From an uncultured cyanobacterium (GTDB taxonomy: Bacteria > Cyanobacteriota > Cyanobacteriia > Cyanobacteriales > Cyanobacteriaceae): a stretch of 60,332 nucleotides of DNA. Below the pieces are notes generated by a model that saw nothing but the letters and a program-made list of their open reading frames with translations, was not told the origin of the DNA and did no database searches. The position numbers and the translations under genes are program-made. Every line of letters starts with the position of its first letter. Within the stretch, counting starts at the first letter, position 1. Positions 50,722 to 60,332 of the stretch are shown here, one piece after another. The stretch lies in the NCBI GenBank assembly GCA_963749915.1, contig CAVVOP010000030.1, positions 1-60,332 of the forward strand, written 5' to 3'.

Positions 50722-50777
50722 AATTTAGTTAATAACTATCAGTTTTCTGTGAGCAATTTCCCGTTAATCTCGAAAGA

Positions 50778-51116
50778 TTATAAATCAGGGAAAAATGTAG
50801 TTTGGAGAGAATCTCCTTGAGCTAGGGTTACGATCGCTTTTTTGTATTGGGGTTTATAACCAATACTTTGACCAACACGACGTTTTTTACGAGGTTGATT
50901 CATGGTATTGACTTTCACCACTTTAACTTCAAATAAACTTTCGATGGCAGCTCTAATTTCGGGTTTAGTCGCAGGTTTAACTACTTCAAAAACATATTTA
51001 TTATCTTCCATCATATAAGTTGCTTTTTCAGTAACTATAGGACGAATAACGAGATCTGCTAATTCTGCAGTGGTTTTTCTGACTTTAGTTGTTTTTCCGT
51101 ATCTACTATTCGCCAC
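50778..51116 (-). CDS. rplW: 50S ribosomal protein L23
   Basis: PIVTEKA, KVNT, KKAIVTL; probable GTG start at 51116 after AGGAGG, overlapping rplD stop. Confidence 0.93.
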   Translation of the reverse strand: MANSRYGKTTKVRKTTAELADLVIRPIVTEKATYMMEDNKYVFEVVKPATKPEIRAAIESLFEVKVVKVNTMNQPRKKRRVGQSIGYKPQYKKAIVTLAQGDSLQTTFFPDL

Positions 51117-51744
51117 AATAAACCTCCTGTATTTTCGTAATAGCTTCGGAGGTCGCCACAATTTTATCAGCGTACAAAATGTCATAAATATTTAAACAAT
51201 CATGTTTAAGAAGTTTGACATAGGGCAGGTTACGAACAGATAAGTGAAGATTCTCGGCAATGGGATCGGTTACAATCAATAGTACCTTCGCCTCGGGGGA
51301 GATACCCCAACGGGTTAAAGCGGCTACTACTTCCTTGGTTTTAGGAGCAGACAATTGATCCGCAAAATTTTCGACGACGATTAAATCTTCTACACGACTC
51401 ACAAAAGCAGTTCTTAAAGCCAATCTTCTCTCCTTACGGTTCATTTTGACGCTGTAATCTCTGGGTTTGGGACCAAAAATGACACCACCGCCACGCCATA
51501 AAGGAGAACGAATAGAACCAGCTCTAGCTCTGCCTGTACCTTTCTGCCGCCAAGGTTTACGACCACCACCACGAACTTCTGCTCTGGTTTTAGAGGATGC
51601 TGTACCCTGACGCTGATTATGTAGTTGACGGACTAAGGCACGATGAACAATATGTTCGGCACTTTCTACTTTAGCGATCGGCATCTCTAAAGTCGCTTCA
51701 CCGATTTGTTCTCCTTGCCAATTTTTGACTACACAATTAACCAT
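51106..51744 (-). CDS. rplD: 50S ribosomal protein L4
   Basis: [22 protein letters not shown]. Confidence 0.98.
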   Translation of the reverse strand: MVNCVVKNWQGEQIGEATLEMPIAKVESAEHIVHRALVRQLHNQRQGTASSKTRAEVRGGGRKPWRQKGTGRARAGSIRSPLWRGGGVIFGPKPRDYSVKMNRKERRLALRTAFVSRVEDLIVVENFADQLSAPKTKEVVAALTRWGISPEAKVLLIVTDPIAENLHLSVRNLPYVKLLKHDCLNIYDILYADKIVATSEAITKIQEVYCGE

Positions 51745-51788
51745 AATTTTTAAAAGTGAAATTTCGTTTTTTTTAACTGTGAGCTAAC

Positions 51789-52472
51789 TTACCTTTGACC
51801 GACGATTAAGGCGGGAGTGATACTGACTAAGTTACCGGATTTGCCGGGGATTGCCCCTTTGATCAGTAATAAATTACGTTCGGAGTCAATTTTTACGATA
51901 GTTAGTTTACGAATTTTTACGTTGGTATGACCATAACGTCCCGCCATTTTTTTACCCGGATATACACGACCAGGAGTAGTCCCTGCACCGGTAGAACCGG
52001 GCAAGCGATGGCTTTTAGAACCGTGAGTCATATTACCCCTTCTGAAGTTATGACGTTTCTGATAACCAGCAAAGCCTCGTCCGATAGTTTTACCGCCCAC
52101 ATCAACTAAAGCACCTTCTGTGAACAGGTCAGCACCGATGGTTTGTCCAATTTCAAATGAACTTACATCTTCGAGACGATATTCTTGGAGATGACGTAAA
52201 GCAGGAAGTCCTTTATTACTTAGGTGTCCGTATTCAGGACTGGTCAAGTATTTATTAACTTCTTTAGCTTCTTTAGTATTTAAGGCCCGTCTACGATCAG
52301 GCAGCTCACTGTATCCGAGTTGAACGGCTGTATAACCGTCAGTTTCTTTAGTTTTGATTTGAGTCACTAGACATGGACCTGCTTGAACCACAGAAACAGG
52401 AATTGCACTACCTGTCTCCGAGTCAAAGATGGTGGTCATGCCCAGTTTTGTACCGAGTACGCCTAAGCTCAC
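51789..52472 (-). CDS. rplC: 50S ribosomal protein L3
   Basis: [31 protein letters not shown]. Confidence 0.98.
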   Translation of the reverse strand: MSLGVLGTKLGMTTIFDSETGSAIPVSVVQAGPCLVTQIKTKETDGYTAVQLGYSELPDRRRALNTKEAKEVNKYLTSPEYGHLSNKGLPALRHLQEYRLEDVSSFEIGQTIGADLFTEGALVDVGGKTIGRGFAGYQKRHNFRRGNMTHGSKSHRLPGSTGAGTTPGRVYPGKKMAGRYGHTNVKIRKLTIVKIDSERNLLLIKGAIPGKSGNLVSITPALIVGQR

Positions 52473-53027
52473 GGGATCTATCCCTCTAAATTGCTAAACA
52501 ACACGATTTTATTCAGGGAAAGGTAGTTCTTTCCGACCGAAGATGGTCTGCATAACAAGATGGAGTTATTTGTTGTAAGTTAGAATCACTCACCAACTCC
52601 ATTATTCTTTGTTCATTAAGCAGACAGTTATGATAATAACTACTAACCTAGACTTAAAGATTAGTAATAGCCTTAATTATCCCAATAGACTTAAGATATT
52701 GACTTGTAGTCTGATTATCTCAGTATCTTTGAGAGGCTAGTTTTTATACTTTTAGTCACAGACACCTATTATAAATGATTAATGGTGCATAAGGCAATAG
52801 GTGATTAATAATTACCTCTGGTTAACCGACAACCTTCACAATTTGACCAATCAAAGAGGTTCTGTTTTCACTTGGCTGTCAGCTTTCGCTGTGCCTTACT
52901 CTCAAATCTGACACTTATTCGTGGTTAACTTTCGCGAAGGAGTTCCTAATTTTTATCTATCACTTTGTATTTTCTTCCGTCAAGGTTTCGAAATGAGAAT
53001 TACTGACCGGACCGATACTCTATAGAA

Positions 53028-53053
53028 AAAAAGAGGGCAATTGCCCTCTTTTT
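53028..53053 (-). terminator. intrinsic terminator of hli gene (perfect palindrome)
   Basis: AAAAAGAGGGCAATTGCCCTCTTTTT; U tract on both strands. Confidence 0.8.
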
Positions 53054-53106
53054 CCATCAAACTAACTTAATTAGACTGAATTATATTAACGTAATAGTTT
53101 ATTTAA

Positions 53107-53250
53107 TTACATTAAGCCTAATTGAGCTAAAATACCTTTCCCAGTCAACAATTCGGTAGCAATACCAATTACAAATCCCAACATTGCTAAACGACCGTTC
53201 CAGTTTTCAGCAAATGAGGTGAAGCCAAGTTTAGTGTCTTTGTTTTCCAT
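53107..53250 (-). CDS. hliC: high-light-inducible protein (HliC/Scp-like)
   Basis: Not in ORF track; MENKDTKLGFTSFAENWNGRLAMLGFVIGIATELLTGKGILAQLGLM (47 aa) with ExxNGRxAMxG motif; paralog letter tentative. Confidence 0.9.
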   Translation of the reverse strand: MENKDTKLGFTSFAENWNGRLAMLGFVIGIATELLTGKGILAQLGLM

Positions 53251-53306
53251 AACGAATCTCCTGGATTTATTAAAATTGCGTTTTTGTCAATCAATCTAAA
53301 ACTAAC

Positions 53307-53346
53307 TTAACATAAGTTTTCAAAGTTGACAACAAAACTTTACATT
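53307..53346. promoter_or_regulatory. putative HLR1 (RpaB) site(s) upstream of hli
   Basis: TTAACATA-ag-TTTTCAAA (one mismatch per half) and a TTTACATT half-site at 53339. Confidence 0.45.
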
Positions 53347-53704
53347 GTCTTGGCAAAAATTCCTGGAAGTCATAGCCTCTCTGGGATAAAAACTTCTAAT
53401 ACCACCACGAGAAAAAGATTATCCTGCCAACAATGGGAGGATCACCGAAGGAAGGTGGTGCTGTGCGATCACTTCTTCCCCGTATTTATTAACTTGTTTG
53501 TAATTTATTTAAAATACAAAAGATAGATTTAAAGCGTTAAAAGTAAATTTAGCATCTTCTAAAGAAAATTTAACTAAATATAATTTTTGTCTAACTCTTG
53601 ATTTATTATTAGTGCTAGGACAACATGAGGAGGATGATTTTCCTGTAAATGAATTGTCCATTGTCCATTGCTGTAGTAACTAATTTTTATTATTAAAGTT
53701 AATT

Positions 53705-55144
53705 ATGATGAATATATTTGTTAAAAAACCGATTTTAATTGCGGGGGTGAGCATTTCTTTTTTACTTTGGATAGCTCAAAGCCTTAAAAATTCTGTGGGC
53801 GAAATGGGAGATTTTAGCGTTTTAGCCTTAACTTTAATCGCAGGTTTCTGGCTAATTTACCAGAGAAAAAATAACAAAAAAGTATTAAATTCATCTCAAC
53901 CTTTATCGATAAATTTTAATGATTTTCAAAAAAAAATTACTAGCATCAAGAAAATGCTTAGTGCTTTAATTATCGAAATAAAAGAATCAGAAAATAAAGA
54001 ATTATATAAAAAAAACTATGATGTTTTTGAAAAAAGACTAATAGTAATTGATAATAACAGTAAAAAAAACTATTTAGATCTTGCCATTATTAGTACTAAC
54101 AAAGTTAGTACTTTAAGTTTAAATAATATCCTAAAAACTCACTTTACAGATGTTAAGTTTCAGATAAATGTAAAAATTTTAAATACCTTAGAAAATCCAG
54201 ATACTAACTTAAAAATCTTATCTTTTCAATCAGATCTAGTTTTATTTATCATTCATGGAGATATTACAGAGTCGGAAAAACAAACCATTCAAACAATTAT
54301 TAATAATAATCAAAAAATGTTAGTTTTATTTAATGATATAGAATATAACTTAACCGAAGAAAAAACTCTACTTTTTGAAAATATAAAAACTAAACTTAAA
54401 GATATTATCGAATCTAAATATATTATCAAAATATCGACAAAAACTCAGAAGGTTAAAGTGAAAAAATACCAAGATGAGACCAATTATAAAGAATGGGAAG
54501 AAATCACTAAGGGAGAATGCCAATTATTAACGGATACTCTAAAAAATATCATTGATGAAGAAAAACAAAAGTTGATATTGTTAACTGCTTATAGAAACGC
54601 AATTAATTTACAACAAGACATTCAACAAAAATTAAATTTAGTCAGAAAACAAAAAGCTTTACCTTTAATCGAAAAATATCAAGTCATTGCTGCTACTGCT
54701 ACTTTTGCAAATCCTGTATCAAGTTTAGATTTATTAGCAACGGCGGCTATAAATACTCAAATGATTGTAGATTTAAGCAGTATTTATCAACAGTCATTAT
54801 CCTTAAATCAAGCCCAAGAAATTTCTATCGCTTTAGGAAAATTAATGGTTAAATTAGGCATCGTAGAAATATCTAGTCAGGCGATTATGGCTATTTTAAA
54901 AACCAATATAATCACTTTTATTGCAGGAGGAGTTATTCAGGGCATTAGTGCAGCTTATTTAACTCGTCTTTGTGGTTTAAGTTTAATTGAATATTACGAG
55001 ATAGCGGATTTTAGTAATAATGAAACTATAAACATGACTAAGATTAAAGAAAAATTACAGTCGATTTTCCAAAAAAATAAAGATGACAATTTATTAACTA
55101 AATTTGTGCAAAAAACTGCCTTACAATTTCAAAATATCGAATAA
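53705..55144 (+). CDS. DUF697/YcjF-domain protein
   Basis: ANPVSSLDLLATAAIN, QGISAAYLTR; N-terminal TM segments. Confidence 0.72.
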   Translation: MMNIFVKKPILIAGVSISFLLWIAQSLKNSVGEMGDFSVLALTLIAGFWLIYQRKNNKKVLNSSQPLSINFNDFQKKITSIKKMLSALIIEIKESENKELYKKNYDVFEKRLIVIDNNSKKNYLDLAIISTNKVSTLSLNNILKTHFTDVKFQINVKILNTLENPDTNLKILSFQSDLVLFIIHGDITESEKQTIQTIINNNQKMLVLFNDIEYNLTEEKTLLFENIKTKLKDIIESKYIIKISTKTQKVKVKKYQDETNYKEWEEITKGECQLLTDTLKNIIDEEKQKLILLTAYRNAINLQQDIQQKLNLVRKQKALPLIEKYQVIAATATFANPVSSLDLLATAAINTQMIVDLSSIYQQSLSLNQAQEISIALGKLMVKLGIVEISSQAIMAILKTNIITFIAGGVIQGISAAYLTRLCGLSLIEYYEIADFSNNETINMTKIKEKLQSIFQKNKDDNLLTKFVQKTALQFQNIE

Positions 55145-55149
55145 TCATA

Positions 55150-55767
55150 ATGTACTCTGCTAAAAAATCTCTAATTATTTTCACTCGTTATCCGGATGTT
55201 GGTAAAACAAAAACGAGATTAATTCCTGCTATTGGTGCAGAAAAAGCGGCGGATTTACATCGTAAAATGACAGAAAAAACCTTACAAAAAGTTCAACAAT
55301 TAAATCAGTTTATAGAGGTAGATATTAGTATTTATTTTACCGGTGGTAATTTAGATTTAATAACGGCGTGGTTAGGAAAAAAGTATAATTATTATTCTCA
55401 AATAGAAGGGGATTTAGGTTCAAAAATGTATTCCGCTTTTCAGGATACTTTTACTGAAGATAATCAACAAATTATTATTATCGGTGTTGATTGCCCACAA
55501 TTAGATTATCAGATTTTAACAAAAGCATTTATGGCTTTAAATAATCACGATTTAGTCATTGGTAAAGCCACTGACGGCGGTTATTATCTTTTAGGTTTAA
55601 ATCAGGTAAAAAAATCTTTATTCGCTAACATTAATTGGGGTACAAGTCAAGTTTTCGGCCAAACTATGGCCATCGCAAATAGCCTTAATTACAGTATTTA
55701 TGAATTACCAATTCTAACAGACATAGATCGTCCCGAAGATCTAAAATTTTGGCATAATGAAACATAG
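55150..55767 (+). CDS. TIGR04282/DUF2064 glycosyltransferase-like protein
   Basis: IFTRYP..GKTKTRL, GDLG, IGVDCP, DGGYYLLG, DIDRPEDL. Confidence 0.82.
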   Translation: MYSAKKSLIIFTRYPDVGKTKTRLIPAIGAEKAADLHRKMTEKTLQKVQQLNQFIEVDISIYFTGGNLDLITAWLGKKYNYYSQIEGDLGSKMYSAFQDTFTEDNQQIIIIGVDCPQLDYQILTKAFMALNNHDLVIGKATDGGYYLLGLNQVKKSLFANINWGTSQVFGQTMAIANSLNYSIYELPILTDIDRPEDLKFWHNET

Positions 55768-55796
55768 CCTTGAGTATTTTTTAATTCAGAAACCCT

Positions 55797-56165
55797 ATGA
55801 CCACTGCGAGAAACGTATTAGGTAAACCATTAGAAATTTGTTGTCAATCCCCCATGACTGGTTTTTATCGCAACGGTTGTTGTGACACAGGAACGGAAGA
55901 TAGAGGACTACATTTAGTTTGTGCACAAGTAACAGCGGAATTTTTGGCTTTTAGTAAAAAAAGAGGTAATGATTTAACTACCCCTATGCCAATGTTTGAC
56001 TTTCAAGGGTTGAAACCCGGTGACAAATGGTGTTTATGCGTAGCACGTTGGCATGAAGCCTTACAGGCTGGTTTTGCACCTCCAATTATTCTCGCTTCCA
56101 CCCATGAAAAAACCTTAGAATTTATTGCTAAAGAAGTTTTAGAAGAACACAGTTTAATTAATTGA
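55797..56165 (+). CDS. DUF2237-family protein
   Basis: NVLG, PMTGFYRNGCC, GNDLTTP, GLKPGDKWCLC. Confidence 0.88.
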   Translation: MTTARNVLGKPLEICCQSPMTGFYRNGCCDTGTEDRGLHLVCAQVTAEFLAFSKKRGNDLTTPMPMFDFQGLKPGDKWCLCVARWHEALQAGFAPPIILASTHEKTLEFIAKEVLEEHSLIN

Positions 56166-56196
56166 TAATTGATAATATTTTTCAAAATTATATGTT

Positions 56197-57186
56197 GTGA
56201 ATAAAGTAGATTATTTACGGATTAGTTTAATCGATAAGTGTAATTTTCGTTGTCAATATTGTATGCCGGAAGAAGAAGAATTAACCCACTTTTTGTCTTC
56301 GGAAATATTAACAAAATCGGAGCTGTTAACCTTATTAACAGGTGTATTTATTCCTTTAGGTTTTAGCAAATTTCGTTTGACGGGAGGTGAACCTTTATTA
56401 CGTCCAGATTTACCAGAAATTATCACAAAAATTATTAATTTACCGCAAACGGAAGATTTAGCTTTAACCACTAATGGTTATTTATTACCAGAAAAAGCTC
56501 AATTATTATTTAATGCTGGATTGCGGCGGATTAATATTAGTTTAGATTCTCTAAATCCCCAAACTTTTGACAAAATTATCGGTAACAAAAATAAAACCCG
56601 TTGGCAAAAAACTTGGACAGGAATACAAACTGCTTATAAGGTAGGATTTAACCCTTTAAAGTTAAATGTGGTAATTATTCCTGATGTTAATGACCGTGAA
56701 ATTTTAGAGTTAGCAGCATTAACTATTGAACGTAATTGGCACGTTAGATTTATTGAGTTTATGCCCATTGGTAATGGTCAATTATTTTCTGAAAAAATGT
56801 GGATTCCTTCGGTGGAAATTAGGCAAAAAATTAAGGCTAAATGGGGTTTACAAGAAGCAAACATTATAGGAAATGGCCCTGCGGATATTTTTAAAATTCC
56901 CCACGGCAAAGGTACTTTGGGTTTTATTTCGCAAATGTCTGAATGTTTTTGCGATCGCTGTAATCGGGTAAGATTATCTGCCGATGGTTGGTTACGTCCC
57001 TGTTTATTAAATGAGAGGGGACAAATTGATTTAAAAAAAGCATTAAGAGAAGGTATTAATACCGAAAAAATTCGAGAAAAAGTAGGAGAGTTATTATTAT
57101 TAAAACCAGAGATTAATTTTAAAGATAGAGATTCAGGGACAAACAATAATACTTATCAGCACACTATGTCACAAATTGGGGGCTAA
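56197..57186 (+). CDS. moaA: GTP 3',8-cyclase (molybdenum cofactor biosynthesis)
   Basis: [33 protein letters not shown]-terminus. Confidence 0.95.
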   Translation: MNKVDYLRISLIDKCNFRCQYCMPEEEELTHFLSSEILTKSELLTLLTGVFIPLGFSKFRLTGGEPLLRPDLPEIITKIINLPQTEDLALTTNGYLLPEKAQLLFNAGLRRINISLDSLNPQTFDKIIGNKNKTRWQKTWTGIQTAYKVGFNPLKLNVVIIPDVNDREILELAALTIERNWHVRFIEFMPIGNGQLFSEKMWIPSVEIRQKIKAKWGLQEANIIGNGPADIFKIPHGKGTLGFISQMSECFCDRCNRVRLSADGWLRPCLLNERGQIDLKKALREGINTEKIREKVGELLLLKPEINFKDRDSGTNNNTYQHTMSQIGG

Positions 57187-57307
57187 TATTCGACGGAGAC
57201 TTAAAGCTTCATTCTCTGATCAGCTACAAGCCTTATTCTCTCCTAGTCAGGCAAAAATTTATGTTTTCATCGAGCTGACCTTAATTTAAGTTCACATGGT
57301 GTTAAAA

Positions 57308-59080
57308 TTAGTCATTCGTAATTTTTAACCTTTCGATATTCCAAAAAGCACCTCCTAAAGCAGAATATTCTACCCCTTCAATACGATTTCTTACTGCTGC
57401 TAAAGAGTAAGGATTAACTAAGTAAATTAAAGGCAAATATTCCACAGCCAACTGTTGAGTTTTATTGTAAATTTTCTTTCTTTTTTCTAAGTCTAATTCC
57501 TTCGCCCCTTCGATATATAAATCTCCAATTTCAGCCTCCCAATCAGCGATGATTCTGCCTTCAATGGGTGGTCTTCCTGGTTGGGGCTTTTGGTTAAAAA
57601 GGTGTAAATTTCCATCAGGAAACCATAAATTGGCGCCCCCATTTGGTTCATTTCCTCCGGTAAAACCAATGATATGTGCCTCCCAATCTAAAGAGTTACT
57701 GAGTTTATCGACTAATACATTAAAAGCGATGGGAGTAAAATCAACAGTAATGCCAATTTGACTTAAATCTTGTTTTATTTGTGAACCTAAAGATTCTCTA
57801 ATTCTATTTCCAGCATTGGTTAATAAAGTGAATCTTACTCGGTTATTTTGTATATCTAATAATGTTCCTTCTTCATTGTATGTAAACCCTTCTTGTAACA
57901 GTAATTTTTTGGCTAATTCTGGATTATATTCATAGCCGATAATTGTGGGATCATAAAAAGGAGATTGTACAGAAATGGGCGAATTTTGCTCTTCTCCTAA
58001 ACCCCGATAAATATTATTAATCATCCTTTCTCTATTAATGCCATAGGCGATCGCTTTACGAAAATTAACATTATTAAACCATTGAGATTTGATCGGATCA
58101 ACGAGAGGTTTACCATCTCTTGAACCTCGATTAAGATTAAAACTCATAAAGGTTGTACCATAAGCCGCACCACCATTAAAAATAGTAAAGTTGCCTCTAT
58201 TTTCTTCTCTTTTTAGTAAGGAAAAATATTCAGGAGATACCGAAATAGAGTCCAAACTACCAGAGCGAAATTGTAAGATAGAAGTATCTGTAGATTCTAC
58301 AATTTCCCAAACAACTTCCTCAATATAAGGTAACGAATTTTCATTCTCATCTTTTTGCCAATAATACGGATTTTTAGTGAAAATTATCCGTTGGGAAGTG
58401 GTATAACCTTTTAATTTATATGCACCATTAACTATTAATTGATCAGGGGGAGTATCCACACCCCAAAAAGACAAAAAAATAGGCTCACCATCTGCTCCTT
58501 TTTTTGTCACTTTTTCCTCTAAAATATGTTTAGGTAAAATCGATAAACCAGTACTTTCTAAAAAAGGTGCAAAAGGTTCAGGAATAGTAAATTTAACTTG
58601 CAAATTGTCAACTTTTTCCACTATAGGTAAAGCCTTACTTTCTCCAATTCTTAAACTATCCCTAGCATTAGAGGGAATTTCCTCATTAAGATATAATTGG
58701 TTATAACTAAAAACCACATCATCAACGGTTAAAGGTTCCCCATCAGACCATTTTAAATCATTTTTGAGAGTAAAAATAATGCTTAATTTATCCTCAGAAA
58801 TAGTCCATGATTCCGCCAAAGCTGGTTCAATTTCTCCCGTGAGGGGATTTTCTGTGACTAATCCCTCATAGGTTAAACCGAAGATATTCGGGGATTCTTG
58901 GGACAAAACAGCATTAAAGGTCTTCGGATCACTTAAAATTGCCTGAACAAGCCTTGATTCATTTATGGGAGAAGGATTGACACCACAAGAAGACAGAAAT
59001 AAGGTAGTTAGGCAAAAAATGACCATTAAACGGGAAAATTTTCGCCATTGTAGTTGAATATCAATATTAAATAATTTCAT
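57308..59080 (-). CDS. peptide/nickel-family ABC transporter substrate-binding lipoprotein
   Basis: lipobox LSSC, DPKTFN, LAESW, WSDG, NPYYW. Confidence 0.9.
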   Translation of the reverse strand: MKLFNIDIQLQWRKFSRLMVIFCLTTLFLSSCGVNPSPINESRLVQAILSDPKTFNAVLSQESPNIFGLTYEGLVTENPLTGEIEPALAESWTISEDKLSIIFTLKNDLKWSDGEPLTVDDVVFSYNQLYLNEEIPSNARDSLRIGESKALPIVEKVDNLQVKFTIPEPFAPFLESTGLSILPKHILEEKVTKKGADGEPIFLSFWGVDTPPDQLIVNGAYKLKGYTTSQRIIFTKNPYYWQKDENENSLPYIEEVVWEIVESTDTSILQFRSGSLDSISVSPEYFSLLKREENRGNFTIFNGGAAYGTTFMSFNLNRGSRDGKPLVDPIKSQWFNNVNFRKAIAYGINRERMINNIYRGLGEEQNSPISVQSPFYDPTIIGYEYNPELAKKLLLQEGFTYNEEGTLLDIQNNRVRFTLLTNAGNRIRESLGSQIKQDLSQIGITVDFTPIAFNVLVDKLSNSLDWEAHIIGFTGGNEPNGGANLWFPDGNLHLFNQKPQPGRPPIEGRIIADWEAEIGDLYIEGAKELDLEKRKKIYNKTQQLAVEYLPLIYLVNPYSLAAVRNRIEGVEYSALGGAFWNIERLKITND

Positions 59081-59157
59081 AATTGAGAGCGTAAAAATCT
59101 AATTATTGCTAAGATGGTAACTTAAATTGTTACTTAAAAGCATTTTTCTAGGAAATA

Positions 59158-60225
59158 ATGTTAGAAAATATTTTTAATTTATCTCAAAATTTACAGAATT
59201 TTATCAAAGATTCAATTATAGCTTTTGGTGTTTTAATTTTAGCATATTTTTTCTTAAAAATTACTAAGAATCTTGTTTTTAGACAAATAAAAAAAATTAC
59301 TGGTAAAACTGATAATATACTAACTAACAAAATTATAGAAATTATTGATAAATATTTTGTACCTATTACTTATTTTGGTTTATTTTATACCACTTTAAAA
59401 GAGATTCAATTAAATCCCTCGATGGTGGCTACAGTCAAGACTATTGTGCTCATTCTAACCACTGTTTATGTGACTAAATTTTTAGTCGATACATCAAGAA
59501 TTATCATTTACTATTATACTGAAAAATACCATACTGCAGACTCAATTATAGAACGAAATATTAGAGCCTTATTTCCTGCTATTCGGATTATATTTTGGAC
59601 TTTAGCAATTATTTCTATTTTGAGTAATTTAGGTTTTGATATTAAGGCAATTATCACCGGTTTGGGCATTGGTGGAGTGGCTTTAGCTTTAGCTTCTCAA
59701 AGTATTTTACAGGATTTATTTAGTTATTTTGCCATACTTTTCGATCAACCTTTTGAAATTTCAGATTTAGTATCCGCGGGAGATTTTATGGGTCATGTAG
59801 AACATATTGGCATTAAAACTACGAGAATTAAAGCCTTAACGGGAGAACAATTAATATTAGCAAATACTGATTTAACAAGTTCAAGATTACGCAATTTTAA
59901 GCGTATGGAAAGAAGACAAGTTATTCTCAAACTTGGGGTTGTTTATGAAACAGATAATAAAAAATTAGCAGAAATTCCAGAGATTATTGAAATGGCAATG
60001 AAGGAGCTGAAAAATATAACTTTTGATATGGCTTATTTTTCCGATTTTGGTGATTTTAGCCTTAATTTTGAAGTCATTTATTATGTCCATAGTAATGAGC
60101 TTAGACTCTTTCGTTTAGCTAAAAATGAAGTAAATTTAGCTATTAAGAATATTTTTTCTCAACATCAATTAAAGTTTGCTTATCCCACTCAAGTCCATTA
60201 TTTATCACCGGTTGATGTTTCTTAA
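59158..60225 (+). CDS. MscS-family mechanosensitive channel
   Basis: GLGIGGVALALASQ, PFEISD, IGIKTT, FAYPTQ. Confidence 0.92.
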   Translation: MLENIFNLSQNLQNFIKDSIIAFGVLILAYFFLKITKNLVFRQIKKITGKTDNILTNKIIEIIDKYFVPITYFGLFYTTLKEIQLNPSMVATVKTIVLILTTVYVTKFLVDTSRIIIYYYTEKYHTADSIIERNIRALFPAIRIIFWTLAIISILSNLGFDIKAIITGLGIGGVALALASQSILQDLFSYFAILFDQPFEISDLVSAGDFMGHVEHIGIKTTRIKALTGEQLILANTDLTSSRLRNFKRMERRQVILKLGVVYETDNKKLAEIPEIIEMAMKELKNITFDMAYFSDFGDFSLNFEVIYYVHSNELRLFRLAKNEVNLAIKNIFSQHQLKFAYPTQVHYLSPVDVS

Positions 60226-60330
60226 TTAACCTAACCTGAGTTTGGTTTCAGAACTTTTTATAACTTGTAAGATTTCCAAAGTTTCTTTAGCTAAAGTAAA
60301 TTGACAGGGCAAACCCATCTTAATTTTTAA
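60226..60330 (-). CDS. probable 3' end of a gene running in from outside the window
   Basis: open frame ...LKIKMGLPCQFTLAKETLEILQVIKSSETKLRLG* to TAA at 60226. Confidence 0.4.
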   Translation of the reverse strand, partial: LKIKMGLPCQFTLAKETLEILQVIKSSETKLRLG

Positions 60331-60332
60331 CT

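Noticed and set aside
50778..51185. 135-aa rplW call in ORF track
   Set aside because: Start overlaps rplD by 80 nt; GTG 51116 has the RBS
36007..52472. absence of rpsJ, rpsN, rpmD and rpsD from the cluster
   Set aside because: Normal for cyanobacteria
53326..53526. 66-aa TTG-start ORF
   Set aside because: No RBS or recognisable motif

Overview
AT-rich cyanobacterial chromosome segment. Evidence is the frequent HIP1 octamer GCGATCGC, plus psaC, an hli gene, narB, NtcA boxes and heptamer tandem repeats; the overall style suggests a Geminocystis/Cyanobacterium-like unicellular strain, which is inference. It is mostly core genome: glgP, rbgA-nadD-nrtR, purF, narB, two glycosyltransferases, tRNA-Ser(GGA), rlmD, a cation-chloride-cotransporter-like permease, prs, bioD, larE, rne-rnhB, psaC, cugP, purSQ, the large rplC...rpmE ribosomal cluster, moaA, an ABC binding protein and mscS. 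Three small genes missing from the ORF track were read by hand: pirA-like (54 aa), rpmJ and hliC-like. I found no CRISPR array, prophage, intact transposase or clearly new multi-gene system. The best leads are: (1) a 362-bp element with 16-bp terminal inverted repeats that carries a truncated four-helix-bundle gene and nested repeat ends; (2) several families of miniature inverted-repeat/REP-like elements, one with a GC-rich structured core; (3) a ~500-nt highly structured rplC leader; (4) a 1-bp frameshift in cugP; (5) NtcA/NtcB-type promoter architecture at narB and pirA; (6) an L3 insertion and a ComA-like PLD nuclease lacking its HhH domain. All family assignments come from recognising motifs by eye; no database search was run.
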